Below, piece after piece: positions 42,228 to 51,219 of a stretch of DNA of 64,000 nt. The DNA is taken from the NCBI GenBank assembly GCA_038204895.1, contig JBBRCL010000006.1, positions 6,078-70,077 of the forward strand. The letters run 5' to 3'. This stretch comes from Actinomycetales bacterium. GTDB taxonomy: Bacteria > Actinomycetota > Actinomycetes > Actinomycetales > Cellulomonadaceae. The position numbers were made by a program, and so were the translations under genes. Positions within the stretch are counted from its first letter, which is position 1, and the number at the start of each line of letters is the position of its first letter. The notes beneath the pieces were generated by a model, which searched no databases, was not told the origin of the DNA, and saw only the letters and a program-made list of their open reading frames with translations.

Positions 42228-45200
42228 TCAGGCGATGACCATCACCAGGTCGCCGCCCTCGAGCTGCTGGACCGGACCGATCGCCAACCGTCGGATGGTC
42301 CCGCCGACCGGCGTCGTGATGCTCGCCTCCATCTTCATCGCCTCGATGGTCGCGACGATCTGGCCGACCTGGACCGTCTGCCCCTCCTGCACCACGGGAG
42401 TGACGGCGCCGGCGAACGGAGCGGCGATCTGGCCGAGGGTGCCGGGGTCCGCTTTCTCAGCGGCAGCCTGGTCGACCTCGACGGACCGGTCCCGGACCTG
42501 GATCGGCCGCAGCTGACCGTTCAGGGTGAACATCACCGTGCGCATGCCGCGCTCGTCCGGCTCTCCGATCGCCTCCAGGCCGAGCAGCAGGCGCACGCCC
42601 CGGTCGAGGATCACCTCGACCTCCGTCGAGGGGGTCATCCCGTACAGGTAGCTCTCGGTGTCGAGCAGACTGACGTCGCCGTAGCTCGCCCGCACCTGCT
42701 GGAAGTCCTTGGTCGGGCCGGGGAACAGCAGATGGTTCAGCCGGTCCCTCCTGGTTGCGGAGTCGCCATCCAGGTCGGCCCGGTCCTGGTCGGTCAGGGC
42801 CGCCTGCTCCCGGCGAGGTGACCGGCCGCGCAGGGCCCGGGTGCGGAACGGCTCGGGCCAGCCCCCAGGAGGTGCGCCGAGCTCCCCGCCGAGGAAGCCG
42901 ATCACCGAGTCGGGCACGTCGTAGTCCTGCGGGTGGGTCGCGAAGTGGGCCGGATCCGCGCCTCGCGCGACAAGGTGCAGGGCCAGATCGCCGACCACCT
43001 TGCTGGACGGGGTGACCTTGACCAGCCGGCCCAGGATCTTGTCGGCGGCCGCGTACATCGCCTCGATCTCCTCGAACCTGTCCCCCAGGCCCAGCGCGAT
43101 CGCCTGCTGACGCAGGTTGGAGAGCTGCCCACCAGGGATCTCGTGGTCGTAGACCCGGCCGGTCGGGCCCGGCAGGCCCGACTCGAACGGCCGGTACAGC
43201 CGTCGCACGGCCTCCCAGTAGGGCTCCAGGTCGCATACCGCCCGCAGGCTCAGCCGGGTGTCGCGCTCGGTGTGCGCCATGGCCGCGACCAGCGCGGACA
43301 TCGGCGGCTGGCTGGTCGTGCCGGCCATCGCCGCACTGGCGACGTCGACGGCGTCGACCCCGGCGTCGATGGCCGCCAGGAGGGTCGCCATCTGCCCGCC
43401 GGCGGTGTCGTGGGTATGCAGGTGGATCGGCAGGTCGAACCGCTCCCGCAGCGCGGTCACCAAGGTGCGCGCCGCGGGCGGGCGGAGCAGGCCGGCCATG
43501 TCCTTGATCGCCAGGATGTGGGCGCCGGACGCCACGATCTGCTCCGCGAGGCGCAGGTAGTAGTCCAGGGTGTACAGACCCTCACGCGGGTCGCTCAGGT
43601 CGGCGGTGTAGCACAGCGCGACCTCGGCCAGCGGCACGCCCACGTCGCGCACGGCGTCGATCGCCGGCCGCATCTGCTCGACGTCGTTCAGCGAGTCGAA
43701 GATCCGGAAGATGTCGACGCCGGTGGCCGCCGCCTCCCGCACGAAGGCCTGCGTGACCTCCGTGGGGTACGGGGTGTAGCCGACGGTGTTCTGTCCGCGC
43801 AGCAGCATCTGCAGCGCGACGTTCGGCATCGCCTCACGCACGGCCGCGAGCCGCTCCCACGGGTCCTCGCCGAGGAACCGGAGGGCGACGTCGTAGGTCG
43901 CCCCGCCCCAGGTCTCGACGCTCAGCAGCCCACCGGTCATCCGGGCGACGTACGGGGCGACCTCGAGGAGGTCGTACGTGCGCACCCGAGTGGCGAGCAG
44001 GGACTGATGGGCGTCCCGGAAGGTCGTGTCGGTGACCGCGACGGCGGTCTGCTCGCGCAGGGCGCGGGCGAACCCCTCCGGCCCGAGCTCGAGCAGCCGT
44101 TGGCGACTGCCCGGGGCGGCCGGCTGTGCGAGATCGGCCACTGGCAGCTTGGCGCCAGGGCGTGGCAACCCGTTCGGTGGACCGTTCGGTCGGTTGACCG
44201 TGACATCACCGAGGTAGGTGAGCAGCTTCGTCCCCCGGTCGGCGCTGAACTTGGCGACCAGCAGCTGCGGTCGCTCCTCGATGAACGAGGTGGACAGGTT
44301 CCCCTCGACGAACTCGCTGTCGGCCAGCACGGCCTGCAGGAACGAGATGTTGCTACGGACACCACGGATCCGGAACTCGGCCAACGCGCGTCGAGCACGG
44401 CGGACGGCCGTCGGGAAGTCCCGTCCACGGCAGGTGAGCTTGACCAGCATCGAGTCGAAGTGGCCGGTGACCTCCGAACCCACGCTTGCGGTGGCACCGT
44501 CCAGGCGGATCCCCGCACCGCCGGGTGAGCGGTAGGCGACGATCCGGCCGGTGTCCGGGCGGAAGCCGTTGGACGGGTCCTCCGTGGTGATCCGGCACTG
44601 CAGGGCCGCGCCGTTCACCCGCACGGTGTCCTGGGAGATGCCGAGGTCGGCGAGCGTCTCCCCCGCTGCGATCCGCATCTGGGAGGACACCAGGTCGACG
44701 TCGGTGACCTCCTCCGTCACCGTGTGCTCCACCTGGATGCGAGGGTTCATCTCGATGAAGACGTGCTGGCCGGCCCGCTCCCCCACCGTGTCGACGAGGA
44801 ACTCGACGGTCCCGGCATTGACATGACCGATACTCCGCGCGAACGTCACCGCGTCGCGGCACAGGGCGTCCCGGATCGCCGGGTCCAGGTTCGGGGCCGG
44901 CGCGATCTCGATCACCTTCTGATGCCGCCGCTGCACCGAGCAGTCCCGCTCGAACAGGTGGACGACCTCGCCGGTCGCGTCAGCCAGGATTTGCACCTCG
45001 ATGTGCCGAGGGCGGACCACGGCCCGCTCCAGGAAGACCGTCGGGTCACCGAAGGCGCCGTCCGCCTCCCGCATGGCGGCCCGGAGGGCGGCCGGCAGGT
45101 CGCCGGGGGCCTCGACCCGGCGCATGCCGCGTCCTCCGCCGCCGGAGACCGCCTTGACGAACAGGGGGAAGCCGACGTCCGCGGCGGACGCAAGGAGCGC

Positions 45201-45626
45201 CTCGACGTCGGCCGACGGCTCCGACGACGGGAGGACGGGGATCCCCGCCTGCCGGGCTGCACGCAGGGCACGGACCTTGTTGCCCGCCATCTCCAGCACC
45301 TCGGGCGACGGCCCGATGAAGGTGATGCCGGCCTCGGCGCACGCACGAGCGAGCTCCGGGTTCTCCGACAGGAAGCCGTAACCCGGGTACACGGCGTCCG
45401 ACTCGGATTCCCGGGCCACCCGGATGATCTCGGCGATGTCCAGGTAGGCCCGGACCGGATGACCAGGCTCCCCGATCGGGTAGGCCTCGTCGGCCTTCAG
45501 CCGGTGCTCGGAGTTGCGGTCCTCGTACGGGAAGACCGCGACGGTGCGCGCGCCCAGCTCGACCGCGGCCCGGAAACCTCGGACAGCGATCTCCGCACGG
45601 TTGGCGACGAGCACCTTGGAGAACAC
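42228..45626 (-). CDS. pyc: Pyruvate carboxylase
   Basis: MFSKVLVANRAEIAVR, RDCSVQRRHQK, FRDAHQS, HTHD, EAMKME biotin site; 1132 aa. Confidence 0.98.
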   Translation of the reverse strand: MFSKVLVANRAEIAVRGFRAAVELGARTVAVFPYEDRNSEHRLKADEAYPIGEPGHPVRAYLDIAEIIRVARESESDAVYPGYGFLSENPELARACAEAGITFIGPSPEVLEMAGNKVRALRAARQAGIPVLPSSEPSADVEALLASAADVGFPLFVKAVSGGGGRGMRRVEAPGDLPAALRAAMREADGAFGDPTVFLERAVVRPRHIEVQILADATGEVVHLFERDCSVQRRHQKVIEIAPAPNLDPAIRDALCRDAVTFARSIGHVNAGTVEFLVDTVGERAGQHVFIEMNPRIQVEHTVTEEVTDVDLVSSQMRIAAGETLADLGISQDTVRVNGAALQCRITTEDPSNGFRPDTGRIVAYRSPGGAGIRLDGATASVGSEVTGHFDSMLVKLTCRGRDFPTAVRRARRALAEFRIRGVRSNISFLQAVLADSEFVEGNLSTSFIEERPQLLVAKFSADRGTKLLTYLGDVTVNRPNGPPNGLPRPGAKLPVADLAQPAAPGSRQRLLELGPEGFARALREQTAVAVTDTTFRDAHQSLLATRVRTYDLLEVAPYVARMTGGLLSVETWGGATYDVALRFLGEDPWERLAAVREAMPNVALQMLLRGQNTVGYTPYPTEVTQAFVREAAATGVDIFRIFDSLNDVEQMRPAIDAVRDVGVPLAEVALCYTADLSDPREGLYTLDYYLRLAEQIVASGAHILAIKDMAGLLRPPAARTLVTALRERFDLPIHLHTHDTAGGQMATLLAAIDAGVDAVDVASAAMAGTTSQPPMSALVAAMAHTERDTRLSLRAVCDLEPYWEAVRRLYRPFESGLPGPTGRVYDHEIPGGQLSNLRQQAIALGLGDRFEEIEAMYAAADKILGRLVKVTPSSKVVGDLALHLVARGADPAHFATHPQDYDVPDSVIGFLGGELGAPPGGWPEPFRTRALRGRSPRREQAALTDQDRADLDGDSATRRDRLNHLLFPGPTKDFQQVRASYGDVSLLDTESYLYGMTPSTEVEVILDRGVRLLLGLEAIGEPDERGMRTVMFTLNGQLRPIQVRDRSVEVDQAAAEKADPGTLGQIAAPFAGAVTPVVQEGQTVQVGQIVATIEAMKMEASITTPVGGTIRRLAIGPVQQLEGGDLVMVIA

Positions 45627-45776
45627 GGACTCACCTCACGGTCAGCGGGGCGGGAAGCAGAACGCTAGCGGCTGATGACCGGTCCACGTGAGGCGTCCGC
45701 CTCGCGGACGTCTAGAGGAGGTCAGAGGTGCACCATGACAAGACCAGCGACCACGCGCAAGCCGGCAGAGCGCCGT

Positions 45777-46361
45777 TCAGCCGGCGTTCCGTGCCCGACG
45801 GCGCAGCGAGAGCTCGTCGTCGCCCGCAACGAGCGGGCCATCGTCGTCCGCCCGTTCCGTCGGCAGCGAGGCGAGGGTCCCCTCGACCTCGCGCCAGACC
45901 CGGCCGACCGCGATGCCGAAGACGCCCTGACCGCCCTGCACCAGGTCGATGACCTCGTCGGCGGACGTGCACTCGTAGACCGACGCACCGTCGCTCATCA
46001 GGGTGATCTGCGCCAGGTCCTCGACGCCGCGCTCGCGCAGATGGGACACGGCGGTCCTGATCTGCTGCAGCGAGACGCCGGTGTCCAGCAGTCGCTTGAC
46101 GACCTTCAGGACCAGGATGTCGCGGAAACTGTACAGGCGCTGGGTCCCGGAACCGCTGGCCGGCCGGATGGACGGTTCGACCAGGCCGGTACGGGCCCAG
46201 TAGTCCAGTTGGCGGTAGGTGATGCCCGCGGCGCGGCAGGCCGTCGGCCCGCGGTAGCCCGTCGTCGTGTCAAGATCGGGCAGCTCGTCACCGAACAGGA
46301 AGCCCTGGGCGCGCTGTGGGATGGCGACGGACTCGTGGACCGACTCTCCGGGGCCGCTCAC
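45777..46361 (-). CDS. MerR-family regulator (Rv1830/McdR-like)
   Basis: GYRGPTACRAAGITYRQLDYWARTGLVEPS..QRLYSFRDI. Confidence 0.93.
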   Translation of the reverse strand: MSGPGESVHESVAIPQRAQGFLFGDELPDLDTTTGYRGPTACRAAGITYRQLDYWARTGLVEPSIRPASGSGTQRLYSFRDILVLKVVKRLLDTGVSLQQIRTAVSHLRERGVEDLAQITLMSDGASVYECTSADEVIDLVQGGQGVFGIAVGRVWREVEGTLASLPTERADDDGPLVAGDDELSLRRRARNAG

Positions 46362-46420
46362 GGCACCCTCCCCTCGTCGTCGTCATCCGGCGCGCTGACC
46401 GCCTGATGATCTCACTGATG

Positions 46421-46449
46421 ACGCTAGGGCCGGCCACCGGGGGCGTCAA
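46421..46449 (-). promoter_or_regulatory. sigmaA promoter of the Rv1830-like regulator
   Basis: TTGACG-N17-TAGCGT. Confidence 0.7.
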
Positions 46450-46494
46450 CGACGCCACGCGGTCGGGGACGTGCGTGTCGGCCGGGATGAACCC

Positions 46495-46515
46495 TCAACC
46501 TCAACGTGAACGTGA
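46495..46515. promoter_or_regulatory. MerR-type dyad operator candidate
   Basis: TCA-ACC-TCA-ACG-TGA-ACG-TGA in AT-richer intergenic DNA. Confidence 0.5.
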
Positions 46516-46560
46516 AATCTGCCCCAGATCGCGGCTTCTGTGCCCCTCTGGCCGGTGTCC

Positions 46561-47076
46561 TCAGGAGTTGCCGTTGCCGGTTTCGCCCTCGTCGGTCGCC
46601 ACGAAGTCGTCCGGGCTGACCGTGTCAAGAAAGGCGCGGAACTCCTCGACCTCCTCGTCCTGGTCGGCCGTCTCCTGCACCTCCAGCCCGGACTCGGCCA
46701 GCACCTGCGGGTCGCACAGCACGGGGCTGCCGGTCCGCACCGCCACGGCGATCGCGTCGGAGGCCCGCGAGTCGATCCGGCGACCGTCTGCGAGCACCAG
46801 TGCGGCGTGGAACACGCCGTCGATCAGGGCGACGATCTCCACCCGGTCCACCGTCGCCGCGACGGTCGACAGCACCGAGACCAGAAGGTCGTGGGTCATC
46901 GGGCGCGGCGGCACGACGCCTGCCTGCCCTGCCGCGATGGCCTGCCCCTCGGAGAGCCCGACGACGATCGGCAGCACCCGGCTCCCGTCGACGTCCAGCA
47001 GGAGCACGACGACCTGGTCCAGCGGCACCTGCCGACGCACACCCAGAACCTGCATCTCGATCAGGCCGTCCCGCAT
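46561..47076 (-). CDS. Bifunctional nuclease family protein (DUF151, Rv1829-like)
   Basis: LPIVVG..E, PPRPMTHDLL, DSRASDAIA, VEEFRAFLD. Confidence 0.92.
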   Translation of the reverse strand: MRDGLIEMQVLGVRRQVPLDQVVVLLLDVDGSRVLPIVVGLSEGQAIAAGQAGVVPPRPMTHDLLVSVLSTVAATVDRVEIVALIDGVFHAALVLADGRRIDSRASDAIAVAVRTGSPVLCDPQVLAESGLEVQETADQDEEVEEFRAFLDTVSPDDFVATDEGETGNGNS

Positions 47077-47165
47077 ACCGTCACGCTACGTCCCCGACGC
47101 GGCGCAAGCACACCCCCTCGGCTACCCGATCGGCCGACGCGCGGAATCGCGCCCGAGGCTCGCGC

Positions 47166-47939
47166 TCAGAGCGGCAGGTCCGCGACGCCGGCTCGCACGA
47201 GGGTCACGTGGAGCTGGGCACACAGCTCACCGACCTCCCCCGCGACACTGGCGGCGTGGGCCTGTGCCGCGACGGCGCGCTGGCCGCGCAACGGCGCGAC
47301 GATCTGCTCGACCATGTCCACCTGGCGGTCCGCCGCCGACCGGAACGCTCGCAGGTGCCGCGGCTCGACACCGTGCTCGGCGAGGGCGACGGCCAGCAGG
47401 ACCACGTCCCTCGCCCAGGGCTCGAGATGGCCTGACCGATCGCTGTGCAGCACCCCGGCCTCCGCGAGCCCCGTGACAAGTGCCGGGTCCGCGCCGGTGT
47501 CCTGCGCCAACGACGCAACCGTGTACCGGCCGTGCCGTGCGCCTGTGCGCTCACCGTCTGCCGCGGCGAGTCGAGGCGCCGGTGACGACGTCACCTCCCC
47601 TGCGTCCAGGGCGGCCAGCTGCTCCCGGATCACGCGCAGGGGCAGGTACCGGTCGCGCTGCTGGCGCAGCACGAACCGCAGACGCTCCAGATCCGCCGGG
47701 CTGTACTGCCGGTAGCCACCGGCCGTCCGCACGGGCTCGACCAGCCCCTGCTCCTCGAGAAACCGCAGCTTGGACGGGGTCACCGCAGGGAAGTCCGGGC
47801 CCAGGTCCCCCAGGACGTCGGAGATCCGCATGCTCGGCTCGCGCGAGACCCCCTGGGGCCACGGCTCGACGAGTCGCGGTCGGGCCGGCGCCTCCGCTGG
47901 GACCGACCCGTCCGGGTGCGGCTGGGCTGCAGGCGTCAC
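47166..47939 (-). CDS. MerR-family regulator (Rv1828/FtsR-like)
   Basis: FPAVTPSKLRFLEEQGLVEP.RTAGGYRQY, QRDRYLPLRVI; follows garA. Confidence 0.9.
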   Translation of the reverse strand: MTPAAQPHPDGSVPAEAPARPRLVEPWPQGVSREPSMRISDVLGDLGPDFPAVTPSKLRFLEEQGLVEPVRTAGGYRQYSPADLERLRFVLRQQRDRYLPLRVIREQLAALDAGEVTSSPAPRLAAADGERTGARHGRYTVASLAQDTGADPALVTGLAEAGVLHSDRSGHLEPWARDVVLLAVALAEHGVEPRHLRAFRSAADRQVDMVEQIVAPLRGQRAVAAQAHAASVAGEVGELCAQLHVTLVRAGVADLPL

Positions 47940-48421
47940 GGTTCGTCCACCGCCACGCCCTCGGGGCGGTCCGCCGGACGGACCGGGCTGGGGTGGAAGG
48001 TCATCCGGAACTTGCCGATCTGCACCTCGTCGCCGGCCTTGAGCGGCGCCCGCTCGATCCGGTCCCGGTTCACGTACGTGCCGTTCAGCGAGCCGACGTC
48101 GCGCACGACGAAGCCATCACCCTCACGGACGAACTCCACGTGCTTGCGAGAGACCGTGACGTCGTCGAGGAAGATGTCGGCGTCGGGGCTGCGGCCGGCC
48201 ACAGTGCGCTCGGCGTCGAGCAGGAACCGCGCGCCCGCACTCGGCCCGCGCTGGACGACCAGCAGGGCGGACGTCGGGGGAAGTGCGGCAACGGCCGCCT
48301 GGTCCTCCGTGCTCAGGCCGGCGGGACCGTCGTGCTCCACCGCCCCGACAACACCCTCGCCGAAGCCGATCGTGGTCTCGGCCGCCGTCCAACGACCTTC
48401 GGACGCATCGCGCTCGGTCAT
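47936..48421 (-). CDS. garA: FHA-domain protein GarA/OdhI
   Basis: ETT phosphomotif, GRSPDADIFLDDVTVSRKH, SLNGTYVN, QIGKFR. Confidence 0.93.
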   Translation of the reverse strand: MTERDASEGRWTAAETTIGFGEGVVGAVEHDGPAGLSTEDQAAVAALPPTSALLVVQRGPSAGARFLLDAERTVAGRSPDADIFLDDVTVSRKHVEFVREGDGFVVRDVGSLNGTYVNRDRIERAPLKAGDEVQIGKFRMTFHPSPVRPADRPEGVAVDEP

Positions 48422-48522
48422 GGGTCCTCCTCGGCGTCGGCGGTCGGTGATCGCCCGGGTCTGGTGATGGACAGCCTAAGCCGCACGCGGCCCCGACCGG
48501 CAGTCCCGGGACGAGACCAGCG

Positions 48523-49284
48523 TCATCCACCGTCGATCGCTGGTGCCGGTGTGGCGTAGCGCGGGCGCTCGACCACCCGCACCGCCGTGACCTGCACCTC
48601 GTCAAGGGAGCTCAGGCCGGTGCTACCACCGGCGTTCCGGACGGTAGCGAGGGCACCGCCGGGGATGCTCAGGGCGGTGGTGACGGTGTCGGGGTCCCCG
48701 ATCGCCAGCCAGCGGTAGGGCGGGCTCAGCAGGACGCCGTCCACCTGCACGCCGTCCGGGGTGTCGATGAAGTAGCTGGAGGCGGTCAGCCGCTGGTCGC
48801 CGACCTGGATGGCCTCGGCTCCAGCGTTCCGCAGCTCCTCGAGCACGTTGTAGAGCACCGGTGCCGGGATCGGCTGGTCCGGTTCGCGGATGATCAGCTC
48901 AACCCCGGGCCCCACTGCCGGCAGCTCACCGGCCAGGATGCCCTGCACCTCCGCTCGGGCCGCGGCTGCCTCGCGCGCGGCGCGCTCGGTGTCCGAGCCG
49001 GTCACGAGCTCGGTGCGCTGCGCCCGCAGGTCGGTGACCTGGGTCTGGAGCTCCTCGGCGCGGCGGGTGACCTCGTCGAGGATGCGCACGAGCTCGTTCT
49101 GGCGCAGGCTCGACAAGCCCTCGCTCCGGTTGGCCTGGACCTGGACCACAAGGGCGAAGCCGAGCAGCGCGCACAGCAGACCGGTGATGACCTGGCCTCG
49201 GCTGGCGTGCGGTGCGAACGAGCGCGCGAGCGTGCGCCAGGCCGATCGCGGTTCGGCCTGGCGCTGCAGGTGGTCGGGTGTCAT
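48523..49284 (-). CDS. DUF881 protein (Rv1825-like)
   Basis: TM, coiled coil, GPGVEL, EELRNAGAEAI. Confidence 0.9.
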   Translation of the reverse strand: MTPDHLQRQAEPRSAWRTLARSFAPHASRGQVITGLLCALLGFALVVQVQANRSEGLSSLRQNELVRILDEVTRRAEELQTQVTDLRAQRTELVTGSDTERAAREAAAARAEVQGILAGELPAVGPGVELIIREPDQPIPAPVLYNVLEELRNAGAEAIQVGDQRLTASSYFIDTPDGVQVDGVLLSPPYRWLAIGDPDTVTTALSIPGGALATVRNAGGSTGLSSLDEVQVTAVRVVERPRYATPAPAIDGG

Positions 49285-49285
49285 C

Positions 49286-49618
49286 TCAGGCCTTCAGGAG
49301 GTGGCGCCGGATGGCCGCGGCGTTGGAGAAGATCCTGATCCCCAGGACCACGACGACGGCGGTCGACAGCTGCGTACCGACTCCGAGCTGGTCCCCCAGG
49401 AACACAATCAACGCGGCGACCACGACATTGGACAGGAAGGAGATCACGAACACGCGGTCGTCGAACACACCGTCGAGCAGCGCGCGCAGGCCACCGAAGA
49501 GAGCGTCGAGCGCGGCAACGACCGCGATCGGCAGGTAGGGCTGCAGGACCGCGGGAACTGTCGGTTCGAGGAACAGCCCCACGAGAGCACCGACCACCAA
49601 CCCGATGAGCGCGATCAT
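49286..49618 (-). CDS. Small basic protein Sbp/DUF1290
   Basis: YLPIAVVAALDALFGG, GIRIFSNAAAIRR. Confidence 0.92.
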   Translation of the reverse strand: MIALIGLVVGALVGLFLEPTVPAVLQPYLPIAVVAALDALFGGLRALLDGVFDDRVFVISFLSNVVVAALIVFLGDQLGVGTQLSTAVVVVLGIRIFSNAAAIRRHLLKA

Positions 49619-50523
49619 GGCGAACCCTTCTCCTCGGGTGGTGCCGACTTCAGCGGTGCCGACGACGATGCCACATCCGCCAGGCCTGTCGCGTGCCGCA
49701 AGGTGGTGCTGCCCGCACCGGGAAGATCAAGCTGCTGCGCCGCGGTCGCGGTGGCGGTGATCCCGTAGGTCCCGGAGAGGAAGGCGAGATGGTTGGCCGC
49801 AGAGGACCGGGCGAACGCCGTCTGCATCTCCCGGACGTCGCCGATGGCCTCGATCCGGTAGGGGGCGAGCACCGGGGCGAGGTCGACCTGGATCGCCTGG
49901 CCCGCGCCGCGGATCGCGGTGAGCGCGGTGAGGCGCGAGCCGTTGATCGCGATCGCCTCGGCGCCTGCCGCCCACAGGCCGTTGGTGACGATCTGCAGGT
50001 CGATGTCCTGGACCCGGGCCGCGTCGTCCTCCGGATCGGTCACCTCACCGTCGTCGAGCTCGATGACCAGTCCGGGCCCGCTCACGCCGAGGGCACCGGA
50101 GGCCAGCTCGGAGGCCTCGAGCCGTTCGAACAACCCGGGGTTCAGTGAGGCGATCGCGTCGGACTGCACCTGCGCGATGTCGGCACTGAGCCGCTCGACC
50201 AAGTCGGCCAGGTCCTCGACCTCAGTCGAACGGAGGGTGATCTCCCGTTCCAGAAGTGCACGTGGCGATGGGCCGGCCAGCAGCGGCCTCCGGAGCTCGC
50301 TGACCGCAACGACGGTGATCAGACCCAGCAGCACCGCAAGGATCATGTGCAGGGCGGTGCGCGTGGCGCGGTCGGCGACCCCCCGCTGCACCACCGGGCG
50401 CTGCGCGGCCTCGACGTAGCCGGGGTCGAGGGCCTTGCTCATCACGTCGTTCAGCAGGCCCATCGATGCGTCGACGGCCCGCGGCGCCCTCGGCAGCACG
50501 CGTCGCCCCGGGTCCGCCGTCAT
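49615..50523 (-). CDS. DUF881 protein (Rv1823-like)
   Basis: LDPGYVEAA, GPGLVIEL, DLQIVTNGLWAAGAEAIAING. Confidence 0.9.
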   Translation of the reverse strand: MTADPGRRVLPRAPRAVDASMGLLNDVMSKALDPGYVEAAQRPVVQRGVADRATRTALHMILAVLLGLITVVAVSELRRPLLAGPSPRALLEREITLRSTEVEDLADLVERLSADIAQVQSDAIASLNPGLFERLEASELASGALGVSGPGLVIELDDGEVTDPEDDAARVQDIDLQIVTNGLWAAGAEAIAINGSRLTALTAIRGAGQAIQVDLAPVLAPYRIEAIGDVREMQTAFARSSAANHLAFLSGTYGITATATAAQQLDLPGAGSTTLRHATGLADVASSSAPLKSAPPEEKGSP

Positions 50524-51134
50524 CGCGGTGCCCGACGTCGTCGCACCAGCTCGGTGCCCGACTGCCGCAGGTAGATGGCACCCGCCAGCCAGTACAGCCC
50601 GACGCCCCAGATGGCGAAGGCCCAGCCGAGCAGGTCTGCGGCGACCCCGACTGGACCGGACAGCTCCGCGAGCAGGAGCAGCGGAAGCGCGTACAGCAGA
50701 GCGAAGGTGCCGGCCTTCCCAACGAAGTGCACCGGGAGGGGCCCGATCCGGGCGGCCATCAGCACTGCCAGCACGACCGCAAGGAGGACGTCCCGCGCGA
50801 GGATCACGACCACCAACCAGACGGGCACAACGTCTCGCACGGCGAGCACCACGAGCGTCACGATGATGAACAGGCGGTCCGCGGCGGGGTCGAGCAGCTC
50901 ACCGAGCCGCGACTGCTGGTTCAGCGCCCGGGCAAGACGACCGTCCAGCCAGTCGCTCGCTCCGGCGACGACCAGGACACCGAACGCCCACACGTCGTGC
51001 CCACCCAGCGCCAGCCAGGTGAAGACCGGCACCAGGAGCAGTCGCAGCAGGCTGATCAGGTTGGGCAGGGTCATGGCGCCGGCCAAGGGACGCGTCGTTG
51101 TCCCGTCGGCAGAAGGCTGGCCGGTATCGCTCAC
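50520..51134 (-). CDS. pgsA2: CDP-alcohol phosphatidyltransferase (PgsA2-like)
   Basis: TLPNLISLLR, SDWLDGRLAR..G..LDPAAD, GKAGT. Confidence 0.92.
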   Translation of the reverse strand: MSDTGQPSADGTTTRPLAGAMTLPNLISLLRLLLVPVFTWLALGGHDVWAFGVLVVAGASDWLDGRLARALNQQSRLGELLDPAADRLFIIVTLVVLAVRDVVPVWLVVVILARDVLLAVVLAVLMAARIGPLPVHFVGKAGTFALLYALPLLLLAELSGPVGVAADLLGWAFAIWGVGLYWLAGAIYLRQSGTELVRRRRAPR

Positions 51135-51219
51135 GCCCCGCTCGTCCCTTCCGTACCCGCAGACCGGCCAGAGGCCGTGCCGCGATCTTACGGCCCGGAG
51201 CGGACCTGCCACGGCCGGC

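Noticed and set aside
49461-49476. TCGAAC-ACAC-CGTCGA in sbp
   Set aside because: Two mismatches to the LexA box and inside a coding sequence
18535-51070. GGGNAGGG (KOPS-like) octamers: + at 18535, 20664, 24585, 29791, 51063; - at 46366
   Set aside because: Spotted by eye, not exhaustive; one is counter-oriented, two are RBS-like, and the motif is not established for this phylum
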